Source: Laetmonice hystrix
Taxonomy: Eukaryota
Direction: 5' to 3'
Length of the DNA: 64,000 nt
Assembly (NCBI GenBank): GCA_965235115.1
Contig: OZ249441.1
Span: 13,888,001-13,952,000 of the forward strand
Of this stretch, positions 1-10,920 are shown piece by piece. The position numbers were made by a program, and so were the translations under genes. The notes under the pieces are model-generated. The model ran no database searches. It worked only from the letters and a program-made list of their open reading frames with translations, and was not told the DNA's origin. How positions within the stretch are numbered: position 1 is the first letter of the stretch; each line of letters starts with the position of its first letter.

Positions 1-2
1 CT

Positions 3-3000
3 CTGGGTGTAAATCACAACGAAGTGCAATGCCACTATATCAAGTTGGAGGAGCAGGTTGAGAATTTGTGGAATATGGATCGCATAGACAGTGAGGTCCA
101 AGGGTTGTCTGTTAATGACAGAAAGGTCCTAGAATTGTGGAATAATGAAACCAGATACGAAGAAGGTCACTATGTCATGCCCATACCATGGAAGGATGGG
201 GAACCCTGTTTACCCGATAATAAGTATGTTGCACTACATCGTTTAAATGGTTTGAAGAGTCGTTTGGACAAGTCCGGTATGTTGGAGAGATATTCCAAGG
301 AAGTCGATAAGTTGTTGGAGGCGGGTTATGCTGAATCGGTTCCTAATGATCGGTCTGACGTCCCTAGCAATTATGTGTGGTATCTCCCGCACCATGGAGT
401 GGTTAGCGAGTCTAAGCCGGGAAAGGTGCGAGTTGTGTTTGATTGTGCGGCTACTAGGTATGGAGTAAGTTTGAACAATCAATGTCTACAGGGCCCAGAC
501 TTAGCTAACAAATTGATCAGTGTGTTATTGAGGTTTCGGCAATACAGGTATGCCATTATGGCTGACGTAGAATGCATGTACATGCAAGTAAAAATCCCAG
601 AGAAGGATAGAGACGCTCTCAGGTTCTTGTGGTATGACAGGGGTGAGGTGCAGGAGTATCGGATGACCTCACACCTATTCGGGGGAGTTTGGTGTGCAAG
701 CAGCAGCACGTACGCGCTTCGGCGCACAGTAGAAGACTTTGTATGTAGTGATCTTGCCGTAGATACAGTTCAGCGTTCCTTCTATGTAGACGACATGCTC
801 AAGTCCGTGCCACAGTACAGCCAAGCATGTGAAGTAATACATGACACTAAGTTAGCGCTTAGTTACGGTGGGTTCAACCTAACAAAATTTGTCGTCAACG
901 ACCCATCCTTATTAGATCAAATAAGGTTGGATGACCGGGCCAAGGAGGTGAAGGAACTGATGCCAGAGATTAAGAGTAAAGTTTTGGGCATTAAATGGGA
1001 TGTCCTAGACGACTGTTTCTACTATGTCAGCAAAGTAGTTAGTGTGGAGTATTCCAATGTCACACGTCGTAGAATATTGAGTGAGGTATCTTCAATGTAT
1101 GACCCGCTGGGTCTTATTGCACCAGTTGTTCATTGTGGGAAGGTATTGTTCCAGGAAGCCACACGTCTTCAATTAGATTGGGACAAATCGGTACCCCCAG
1201 CCCTTGCTGAGAAATGGTTCAATTGGCGAGCTTCGCTGAGTGACCTGGACAAACTGAAGTTTCCTAGATGCTTGATACCAGAACAGTTTGTAGATGGGTC
1301 CATTGAACTCCACCATTTCTGTGACGCAAGTCGAGTCGGTTACGGGGCTTGCTGTTATCTCCGAGTTATCAATCAGTGGGGTGAAATTCATGTACGGCTC
1401 CTAATGAGTAAGGGGCGTCTAGCCCCACTAAAACAAGTGACTATACCCCGGCTTGAGTTATCTGCGGCGGTCGTGGCCACCGAGATTGACTCACTGATCA
1501 GGCGTGATCTAGATGTAGTCATTACGAAGTCCGAGTTTTGGTCTGATAGTCAGATCGTGCTAGCCTACATCAAAAATGAGAACCGACGATACAAGGTATT
1601 TGTTGCCAACCGCGTGTCCATGATACGGCAGCGGTCCACCCCTGACCAATGGCGGTATATCAGTGGCAGTCTAAACCCTGCCGACCTTCTGTCTCGAGGT
1701 AGTACGGTTAGCGAAGTACCGGGTACATGGATTGCTGGACCCGCTTTTCTTTACCAGTACAAATCCCAGTGGCAGAGTAAGGAGACAGAACTTGCGCATC
1801 AGTTAGATGAGGATCCAGAGGTGTGTCATACAACCTCACAATCTATGCCAACCGTGTGTGTTGTCAAACAAGCATCTGAACTCAAGGTTCATCCTCTTGA
1901 AACTCTTGCCCAACACTACTCAAGCTTCTATCGCTTTAAAAAGGCAGTCACTTGGTTAAATAGGGTAAAATCTTACCTACGGGGTAAGAAAATTGTTGAC
2001 GGGCCGATTAAAGTTCCAGAGCTAGAGAATGCTGAGAGCATTATTATCAAATTTGTGCAACGACAAGAATACGCGGAGGAGATAGCGTCCTTAAGTCAGG
2101 CAGGTCAAGTGTCCAAATCTAGTAATTTATGTAAGCTGACACCGTCGCTTGATAATGATCTCTTGGTAGTTGGCGGTCGGCTCACTCATTCAAGTCTACC
2201 GCATCGTGTTAAGCATCCCGTCATATTACCACGTGGGCACAAGGTGTCACGAATGATTGTTTCAGATTATCACTCTGGCGCTCATTTGGGCACAGAGTGG
2301 ACACTCTCAAAGCTCCGTAACAAATACTGGATTGTGGGTGCAAGGAGCCTTATTAAGGGGATTAAACGTCAATGTGTTGTATGCAAACGTCTGTATGCTA
2401 GGCCACTGCTGCAGAAAATGGCAGATCTTCCTCCGGAAAGATGTGTCCCTGGTAGCCCACCTTTCACAAACGTAGGTGTCGACCTGTTCGGACCCTTCTA
2501 TGTCAAGTGGGGCAGGGCGGAAGCAAAACGTTATGGGTGCCTCTACACTTGTTTCACTACGCGCGCCATACATATGGAGAAGCTAGAATCGCTCGAGACT
2601 GACACGTTCATTAACGGGTTTATTCGGTTTGTGGCTCGCAGGGGGTATCCATCTAAGGTCTGGTCGGATAATGGTAGTAACTTGGTAGGCGCGCGTTCTG
2701 AGATTAGTCGAGAGTTACATCGTTTGAGTCGGGACAAAGTAGTGATTGCTGCTCGGCGGCACAATGTTGACTGGGTGTTTAACCCCCCATACGCTTCGCA
2801 TCAGGGTGGTATATGGGAAAGACAAATCCGCACTGTAAGAAAAGTCTTAGTAGCGTTGTTAGTTTCTCAACCTCGCATGAATGACGATGTTGCCCATACA
2901 ATCTTGTGTGAAGTCGAAAATATCGTAAACAGTCGCCCGATCACCAAAGTGAGTGATGATGTTAATGATGGGGATGCCTTAACCCCAAACCACCTTCTTG

Positions 3001-3374
3001 TAATGGTAGGTAATGAGTCTCTCCCATGGACTGTGAATGGTCGTATAGGTGATACATATCGTAAGCGGTGGAAATATGTACAACATGTTGTTAACATGTT
3101 CTGGAAGAGGTGGGTAAAACAATACCTCATTGAGCTTCAGAGGCGGTCTAAATGGCTTGAAGTCCAAAGAAATGTCAAGGTAGGGGATCTTGTACTGGTC
3201 GTAGATGAAAATACCCCACGTGGATTATGGCCTTTAGGTGTCGTCCAAGAGACCAGATATGGCCGAGATGAATTGGTCAGAAGTGCGAAAATTCTTACAA
3301 GGTCGACGACCATGGTTAGGCCAATTACCAAATTAGTTTTGTTGGAAGGTAATGATGAGAGGTATGAAACTTAA
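3..3374 (+). CDS. BEL/Pao LTR retrotransposon Pol polyprotein, 5'-truncated by window edge (RT, RNase H, integrase, DUF5641-like tail)
   Basis: Frame is open from base 3, so the GTG at 24 is not a real start. RT motifs PHHGV..KPGKVRVVFDCA and FYVDDML; RNase H LHHFCDAS..YG, WSDSQIVL, NPADLLSRG; integrase HHCC (YHSGAH..CVVC) and DDE core GVDLFGP / SDNGSNL / GGIWERQIR; C-terminal WKRWVKQYL..QRRSKW typical of BEL/Pao. Confidence 0.97.
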   Translation: MGVNHNEVQCHYIKLEEQVENLWNMDRIDSEVQGLSVNDRKVLELWNNETRYEEGHYVMPIPWKDGEPCLPDNKYVALHRLNGLKSRLDKSGMLERYSKEVDKLLEAGYAESVPNDRSDVPSNYVWYLPHHGVVSESKPGKVRVVFDCAATRYGVSLNNQCLQGPDLANKLISVLLRFRQYRYAIMADVECMYMQVKIPEKDRDALRFLWYDRGEVQEYRMTSHLFGGVWCASSSTYALRRTVEDFVCSDLAVDTVQRSFYVDDMLKSVPQYSQACEVIHDTKLALSYGGFNLTKFVVNDPSLLDQIRLDDRAKEVKELMPEIKSKVLGIKWDVLDDCFYYVSKVVSVEYSNVTRRRILSEVSSMYDPLGLIAPVVHCGKVLFQEATRLQLDWDKSVPPALAEKWFNWRASLSDLDKLKFPRCLIPEQFVDGSIELHHFCDASRVGYGACCYLRVINQWGEIHVRLLMSKGRLAPLKQVTIPRLELSAAVVATEIDSLIRRDLDVVITKSEFWSDSQIVLAYIKNENRRYKVFVANRVSMIRQRSTPDQWRYISGSLNPADLLSRGSTVSEVPGTWIAGPAFLYQYKSQWQSKETELAHQLDEDPEVCHTTSQSMPTVCVVKQASELKVHPLETLAQHYSSFYRFKKAVTWLNRVKSYLRGKKIVDGPIKVPELENAESIIIKFVQRQEYAEEIASLSQAGQVSKSSNLCKLTPSLDNDLLVVGGRLTHSSLPHRVKHPVILPRGHKVSRMIVSDYHSGAHLGTEWTLSKLRNKYWIVGARSLIKGIKRQCVVCKRLYARPLLQKMADLPPERCVPGSPPFTNVGVDLFGPFYVKWGRAEAKRYGCLYTCFTTRAIHMEKLESLETDTFINGFIRFVARRGYPSKVWSDNGSNLVGARSEISRELHRLSRDKVVIAARRHNVDWVFNPPYASHQGGIWERQIRTVRKVLVALLVSQPRMNDDVAHTILCEVENIVNSRPITKVSDDVNDGDALTPNHLLVMVGNESLPWTVNGRIGDTYRKRWKYVQHVVNMFWKRWVKQYLIELQRRSKWLEVQRNVKVGDLVLVVDENTPRGLWPLGVVQETRYGRDELVRSAKILTRSTTMVRPITKLVLLEGNDERYET

Positions 3375-3426
3375 TGTTGTAGGTGCTTTCTTTAAATGCC
3401 CTCTATGAGTCTACGTGGGCGGAGTA

Positions 3427-4356
3427 TGAATTCGTGCAGTACAGCACCTGGGAAAATTGAAGTGTTAACAATTCTATCTCTATTGTATTTCTTATGGCTT
3501 GTATGTATATTAAATAATATGTGAATACACGTATATTAAATAGCGGCGGAAAGTATTTAAGTGGGCGGAGTGTTACCGCCATTCCCAGGCAGTAATTAAG
3601 GTACCTTCAGGAGGTGTCCGTCCCAGTTAGCGTTTTATATTTAACCATATATATTTAAACTCATGTCACCGTTCCGTTTCCCCGTCGGTCAACTTTGTAT
3701 ATTATCAAGTACATGTAGTGGTCACGGTCGAACGGTCGTACTGCCCATTCCACCGGCAGCCAGCGTATTGGTCGGACACTGACCAGCAGTGGACTTACAT
3801 GTAGTCCAACAGTCGCGCCATGCACCCCATATGAAATCAGGTACTGTCGAACGTTGCAAGTATTTTATTTACCGTGCCGCTCTGTGTAATTCCGTAGCGA
3901 TTTGCAATTGATAATGCATTCCAATATACGCTAGTCTGTTGTTTCAATTTGGTTATAGCAGAATTTATCGGATATCTATCCTTCTACGTTTTTTTTTCTT
4001 GTCACAGTTGTGTCACGTCACCCAGGATGGCAATTAAGCGACGACCAAATGTATAAAGAGTTGCTTGAATCTGTGAGTGTTAGATTATATCCAAATATCA
4101 TGTCAAATTATGTCGTCATTTTACGGTACATGCGATTTAATGGCATTTCTCATGGAGTTGTCGTAGTATTATGCGCTCATAATGTGCCAATACTTCTGTG
4201 ATGTATTTCTTTTCTTTAGTTTTCACCATGTCTCCATGTCACGTCACTTACCACCAAGTCGCCGAATACATGCGTGAAATGCGGGCAATAAAGCAACAAT
4301 CCAACATCTAGTTGTCACCCTTTTTGGTCGTGCGCTACACCAATACTATAAAATCA
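3427..4356 (+). mobile_element. Probable 3' LTR of the BEL/Pao element (boundaries uncertain)
   Basis: PPT-like GTGGGCGGAGTA at 3415-3426 followed by TG; AATAAA at 4287-4292; possible end ..AAATCA at 4356. A second GTGGGCGGAG + TGTTA at 3561-3575 is an alternative start. The 5' LTR lies outside the window, so the ends cannot be confirmed. Confidence 0.45.
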
Positions 4357-4822
4357 AATGAACATTTGTAATGTGTCGTGTTTAAATTCTGGTTGGTGGT
4401 TCATGTTGAGCTCTATGTTACCGTATTATAATGATTCGAGTAAAGATTCAACCACTGGAGGTTCCCGTCCTCAAGGCCGGCCGGTTATTTTACCTATCTC
4501 CAGACGAAGAAATAATCCAGTACAAATTGGTGAGACCATCGAGAGCGCACCTTCATATAAATTAAACTTTCCTCAACGATATCGAATTATTAAAACAACG
4601 TTCGGAAGAATATTAACAGCCCGAAAGGTGTATGTAATGTACAGATTGTGATGAAATATCTCTAAATAACATGATTAAAGACCATGGGCCAGAGGACGGA
4701 TGGCTTCATCTCACACATTTATAGGGGCGCACCAATCATACATTGTCGCCGGAATATAATACTCATCCAACAACTGCTCATTATTTACGAAACGTTTTCT
4801 CCACACGCAGTTTTTCTCTTCA

Positions 4823-4880
4823 CTCTTGTCTGACTGTGTTTATACTTTGGCTCTTGTCTGACAGTGTTTATACTTTGGCT
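4823..4880. repeat. Tandem duplication, 2 x 28 bp
   Basis: CTCTTGTCTGAC(T/A)GTGTTTATACTTTGG repeated with one mismatch. Confidence 0.9.
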
Positions 4881-6102
4881 CATACACAAGGGAAACGGTA
4901 TTATTAGGCCCCATGGGAGATAAGACGATGATATTAATTATTTTATTTCGTGCTGCCGATTGCTTAAATTGAAATATAAATACATCAAGCACAAAGATCA
5001 CCACAAGGTTGGGTTGACGGTGGGACACGACTTTACTTCCTAATGATCACGGTTTATCAACTGAAACAGCACTAACTGAAACAACACCACATCCTTTTCA
5101 TTTGTTTATGCCACAAAGTTCTCAAAATTTTTGGGTTGAATTTGGTTACATCCGTATCCGTATTTAATTGATATTGCACATGCAGAAACTATGCTTTCAT
5201 GTCAATTTCTGCCGACACACTTTTTCCTGTCTTTTTTGTGTTTTGTAAAGAAGAGGCTTCAAATGAAATATTTCTGTAAAGTGCATGGGTGGGTGTATAG
5301 ATGGAGCAGTTGTGGATGTAGCACACTGAGAGAAGCATGGGAAGAATTCACTCTTTTCCTGGCCCCAGGACACATACCACTGTGTCTATGTACGTATGGC
5401 TTCGGGGGGCAGTTTCTATCAATTAATAAAGCCGCAGTCGTTTTCCACTGTACATACAGTGTTTATGTTCTACAGACGACTACAGGATGCTCCCGCAAGC
5501 TCTGACGACCAATTAATGACAGGTTAATGAACAATTGAATTTAAATAATAGCTTCTTGATTCCAGCGAACAATTACAATTATTTTTGGGATCTCTTTTTC
5601 TGCCGAGTCGCGTATCTTCCCAGAAAAGCTACGCGTTAATATATTATAATGGTCCCCGTCGGGGAAATAGAAAGTTACAGGGCAATGTCGAACAATTTAT
5701 ATCCCCATTTTATAATTTTCCTTTGATCTTACAAAGATTGCAAACAATGGAGAAGTCAAGTGAGAAGTTTCGTTCTAAATGCCATGGACCATCACATTTT
5801 GTCAAAGGGAAAATTAATCGCACTTTTAATTGTGAACGTTTAAAAAATTATAATGCGAATCAAACCAGCCTCCGGTATAGAACCATATTATTTTCCCTGT
5901 ATGCCGCACATGTATGCCTATACAAGGACACTATGATGGAAACCCGTACAACAAGTGGGTCCCGGTAAACTCGTTAAGCTAAATGCATTTATTTTAATCA
6001 GGACTGGTCAATTAGGTGAAGCCACGAAGGTACCTGGTGGAAAGGGTAAGTGATTACTTTCTCACCGGGTTATCTGTGCGGTGTCCAGCGCATGAACCTC
6101 TA

Positions 6103-6241
6103 CCTCTGTACTCTGTATCTCTCTGTATCTCTCTATATGTCGCTCTCTGTGTATCTCTCTATATCCCTATCTCGCGCTCTCTCTCTATCTCTCTATCTCC
6201 ATATATCTCTGTCTATTTCCCTCTATCTCTGTACTCTGTAT
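6103..6241. repeat. Degenerate CT/CTAT-rich microsatellite
   Basis: Run of CTCTAT/CTCTGT variants; it explains the low-complexity ORFs at 6016 and 6050. Confidence 0.9.
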
Positions 6242-6298
6242 CCCAGCAGTGAGTTAGGGTGTGCGTGGTTATTTCTTAGGGCAGTTATAGGACTGTAT

Positions 6299-6586
6299 CA
6301 GGGCCGGATCCAGGATTCTTAGAAAGGGGGGGGGGGCGTAGCCCCTGGAGAAGATTGCGAGCGCCGAAGGCGCAAAGCCCCAGGGGGGGGGGGGTCTGGG
6401 GGACCTCCCCCCGAAAAATTTGAAAATTCATGTTTGTCAGATGCATTTTCCCGGCATCTGAGAAAAGAACTGTTCCTTTTTTTCAGGGGGCAAAGTACTG
6501 GTAAAATTCCAGTCTAAAAAATCATTACTCTGCCAAAAATAGGGGGGCGTACGCCCCCACGCCCCCCCCCCCTGGATCCGGCCCTG
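6299..6586. mobile_element. MITE with perfect 16-bp TIR CAGGGCCGGATCCAGG
   Basis: Left 6299-6314 CAGGGCCGGATCCAGG; right 6571-6586 CCTGGATCCGGCCCTG; internal G/C tracts. CAGGG ends suggest hAT derivation (inference); no clean 8-bp TSD. Confidence 0.85.
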
Positions 6587-7058
6587 AGTATACGTACATG
6601 TGTTTACCAGTCAAACGGCGGGAGCATCCGTATAGAAGTCAAGCAACCTTTCAGTCACGCCAAGAATATCCTTGGTCATGTGGTCAAGAGACTGCAACAG
6701 TGGATTATAGGCCTATATACCGCACGATATATAACGGCAATGCTGCTCAGCCCAACGCAGGGGCCCTATATAGGCCTACTAAAATAAAACAATTGAATAG
6801 ATTCTAGATAATTTGCTGCATGCATTCAGTCTAACATCGCTTATAGCGCTGGGAAATATATTTCGTCGAAGAATATGGACGTGCAAAGAATTCTTTTATA
6901 TATTTATATATTATAAGCATCGTTGATCCAGAGTGGGCCAACCAACCAATGTCCATACCGCAGGGAGACTCTATGCAAGCGCCATCTATCGGCACAGGTT
7001 GTGAGGTTCCCTCACAAAGGGATCGAGGGGCCATATAATATTCGCCATTCGCTATTCA

Positions 7059-7272
7059 GTTACCTGGTTCTTCCCCCATGATAACTTTCCACGAAATGTT
7101 TGGGCAAGGGTTAGGGTTAAGGTCAAGGATAGGGATAGGGATAGGATAGGGATATGTTTTTGGGAGGTGTAGGGACTGGGGTTAGGGGTTAGGGATAAGG
7201 TCAGGGCCATGGATCTTTACTTTCCACCAAATTTCGTGGGGTTTAAGTTATCATGGGCGATATACCAGTTAC
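7059..7272. mobile_element. Foldback element with ~40-bp imperfect inverted ends and telomere-like (TTAGGG/ATAGGG) core
   Basis: GTTACCTGG..CCCATGATAACTT..CCACGAAAT at left pairs with ATTTCGTGG..AAGTTATCATGGG..CCAGTTAC at right; GGGTTAGGG and GGGATAGGG units between them. Confidence 0.65.
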
Positions 7273-8689
7273 CTATCCTATGAAATAATATTAGGGGCCT
7301 AATGTTAAGAGTAATTATGCGTTATAGACATTGATCGATGACAAAATTCTTCATAGAATATGACGCTCACAATGTAAGGCCCTATAGGCCATAGATCGGG
7401 TAAGTTTGTAGACTCGGCCCCTATAGATCTACTAAACATTATTAAAAGGGTTTGCTACTTGGATGCATTACGTAATATTATTGTTTACAATCCATTATAG
7501 CTCTACATAAGATAAACTCGTCCCATAAGGACTTCATGCCTTTCCCTTATGTGATTGATGTGATTTCCTTATGCCGCTCGATGTTTAAAAATACAATTTT
7601 AAAGTAGTCACCAGAGGGCAGTATAGCTGTAGGCCTAGATGGAGTCAAGCCTCGACCAATGCATCGATCAGAGGCGACCAACGAACTATTATCAACCGCC
7701 AATTTACTCTTCACGTCATAACCTTCCAACAAAAAAGGCATGGGATCGAGAATAGGCCCTATCCTAAATTGTTAAATCAGTCGAATACCGTGTCAATGTA
7801 GGCTAATTGCAGCCGCATTATCTCACAAAACTATCAACTGAGACCTGGCTGCTTCCCGATCAGCTGATGACTGTTCAAGATGATTTTGTTAACTTTCGAT
7901 GTATCCGGCAGGTGTCGCACTAGGGTGTGCTTGGGCATTCTCACACTCGAGTCCTTTCGGCAATCTTCGGCAATCTTCGTTCGTGCGGATTTCAGCAAAT
8001 GGGCGCGAATGCGAGCGTGGTGCTTCGGTTGCCTACATCACGTCCAGGGCTGTCCAAAGTTGCGGCTGTTTGGTGCGCAGCACATCCAAATCTGCGCACC
8101 AGAACTATCAACCCTAGCAAATTAGAAGCCAGGCGTACGAGCCACCCCCAATTCGGGCAAAACAGTGGGGATAATTCAGGCAAAGCAACCAGAACAAAAA
8201 TCGGACAGAGAAATTTCGAGCAAATCAACTCCTCGGCCCCCCTTAACCAAAGAGTCCCCACACGCCCATTTTAGCAGCTATTTTACAAGGAAGGGGATGG
8301 GTGTAGGCGGCAAAGGCGTTGGGAAACAGACGGCCAAGTATAACCTTTTCAAATTAAAGTCAAATCTGCTCAACTTTGCCCCCAAAAAAGGCACTAGGCC
8401 TATCTCCGTCACGCTTACTCCTGTGAGATTAAATGCGTGGTTACAGTGCTTTGACTAGACTATGGGTCACTGGGGGACCACCAAATCAAATGCGTCACCT
8501 AGGCCTGGTTCCCAAATCAATCTGTCGCTCAGTTTTTTCCTTGTCGCATTTGCGTTGTTGTTGTCGCTCCAATATGCGACATAGCGACAAATGGACAGCC
8601 CTGACGTCTGTTACTGTTAGACAGGGGACCAGGCTATGTTTGGGTAGGGTGGCGCTCCGCCCTGTTTACAATGGTCAAGGCTGTACCTC

Positions 8690-9064
8690 CAGATGGCGGT
8701 AACGTCGGCGTTGACCTGCAGAGGCGGCGTCTATCGCCACGACTGCTCTCTCCCAGCTCTCGCTGAAATCCCTCCGGCGGAGCACTCTTGGCCTCAGTGC
8801 CTTGTAGCTCAGGAGCATTATTCGTCAACAGACCTCGGCGGTCTGCACTGGTTCGTTACATGAAGCGTTGAGCTCCGACCTGGCATCGCGGTATCTCCTC
8901 GCCATCCTCCCACTCCTCCTCCATCCTCCTCCGCATCGGGAGAAACGCTGCGTCTGTGATTGTTGGTCGAGAGTGTTCATGGCTCGGCCAGTCGTCTGTA
9001 GATAATATCTCCGGTAGCAGTTAGGTGGCTAGATCGTATCTACGGCAATATTTGACAGGTGAGT
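8690..9064 (+). promoter_or_regulatory. CpG-rich candidate promoter / non-coding first exon ending in a strong donor
   Basis: CpG-dense segment with no credible ORF; ACAG|GTGAGT donor at 9058/9059. May splice to the acceptor at 16751 upstream of the prohormone ATG (inference). Confidence 0.4.
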
Positions 9065-10476
9065 GGCGCTGTGTGAGCTGCAGCCTGCTATGGCCGCTTG
9101 ACGTTTGAGATGATAGACCTACCTGAGCATGAACCTGAGCCTTAGCGCCATTTTCCACTACTACTCATGGCTTCCCTGACAGTTCGTTTGATTCTGCCGC
9201 AGAAGTAAATGTCACAACATTCGGTGTGTAGTTTGAGTGCAGCTCCTGTTCCATGTCGCCCGTACTGTCATTATCGTCATTTTGTTTTTATTAAATTAAC
9301 AAAAAAAGATGTGATTGTTAAGGTTACACCAGTGTCGACACTGATAATCTGTGCGCATTTATGGTTATTAACAAGCGGAGGTCTGGTCCTATGTCTATGA
9401 TCACACACCTTTTATGTCAATCTTGTTAACCCCCTCCAACCCACCAACGCAGTAGACTGTGGCCTACATTAATTACAATCACAATACTATGCAGTGATAT
9501 AAATAGCATCCTCATGCCCAAAGGTACGACCCAGCGTTATTGTAGGGCCCGATGCCCCCTGTCTCATATATGTAACTCGACGACCCTTTCTAATGGCTAT
9601 TGGATTAGTTACCTGTGAGCTACAACTACCTAGTTGACTATAGTGACTTTTAGATCATTATAATATAATGGCCTAATCACACTCCGTGATCCCCGGTCAC
9701 TATAATGTTCACTATTCAAGCACGGGGATATACTGTAACGTGTGACGTTGAGCTATAGGGCCTATATATGATACTGTAAACTGTCAACGAGTGTTAATTA
9801 CTGTCTTCAATCGATCTGCATGCAGCAGGACGGCCCACTTGGTGTAGCGCATCATGTCTCTCACTATACACTACCATCAACAGCGTGCCCTTTGGTCAAA
9901 TAGACCTCAACAACCATGTTACCGTTGACATTAGAGTCTGCTCAAATAGGCCGAGTTAGTCACGCCGCAAGAATAGCCTGGGTCCTTTTATTCCGAGAAA
10001 CATGCCTGTGTTGTTTTCAACCCCTACCGCCAATCCACACCCCCAGTAAAACATAAGAGTGTACCCGGTAATCCTAATGGTGCGTAGGGGTAGATCTATG
10101 GGGGTGGGGGTGGTTAGGGGCGTGTTTATGTAGGGGTAGGGTGTTCGATCGCCGTGCAGCCATGTGTCCCGCTGCCACTGCTTCGATTTCTGCCCCGAGC
10201 GAAATCTTCCGTTTTCTGACGGTGCTCCTTCAGGGACACCATGTAAAACGTTAACATTGATACAAGGGCAGTTGGGCCGGTCCTCAGATGCCCACAACCC
10301 CCTCCCCCACCCCGATAACCGATCCATGAAGACTATAGAGAAGATATCCTCGAGTAGATGGCTCCCATTCTGGGTCCTCTTATCGCCATTAAAACGAATA
10401 TAAAATACTGCATGATCGAGATATGGAAATGGATGATATTATGGCGACATGATTCTGTCGGCGTGTATGAAGCTTC

Positions 10477-10920
10477 AAGCCTTGTTCCCACTTTCACAAT
10501 TTATACGTCGATTTACACCGATGTACAAAGACCTATAAATCGTAGCCGGTGAGTAGTGCTCCGTCCGCCTGCATGTCGAGCGCAGAATTCCGTCACGGCC
10601 ACGATTGTGTTACGACGCTATGACGACGCTACGAAACTATACTCTAACTACATCTTCCACAGTCGTGGCCATTTTCCACAACACGATTGCATACGAATGT
10701 TCACGAACCATCACGACAGTTACACGACGTTTCACGACAGCACTACGACACCACTATAGGCCTACGATATCGCTATGACGTGACGAGACCGAGAAGCGCC
10801 ACGTTTTTTGTGTGTTTGTTTTGAACATTTTGAAATTTGCGCCACGTCGAAAACTAGACGACGACTTGCATGTAGCGGCGTGAATCGGCGTAAAATTCAT
10901 GAAAGGGGGGGGGGGGGCTT
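10477..10920. mobile_element. Degenerate Harbinger-type MITE
   Basis: Imperfect inverted ends (AAGCC..CTTTCACAATTTATACGTCGATTTACACCG vs CGGCGTGAATCGGCGTAAAATTCATGAAAG..GGCTT) with internal (CT)ACGAC subrepeats. Confidence 0.5.

Noticed and set aside
9830-9900. tRNA/SINE-like head (GGCCCACTTGGTGTAGCG)
   Set aside because: No B-box or cloverleaf; no tRNA could be folded here or recognised elsewhere.
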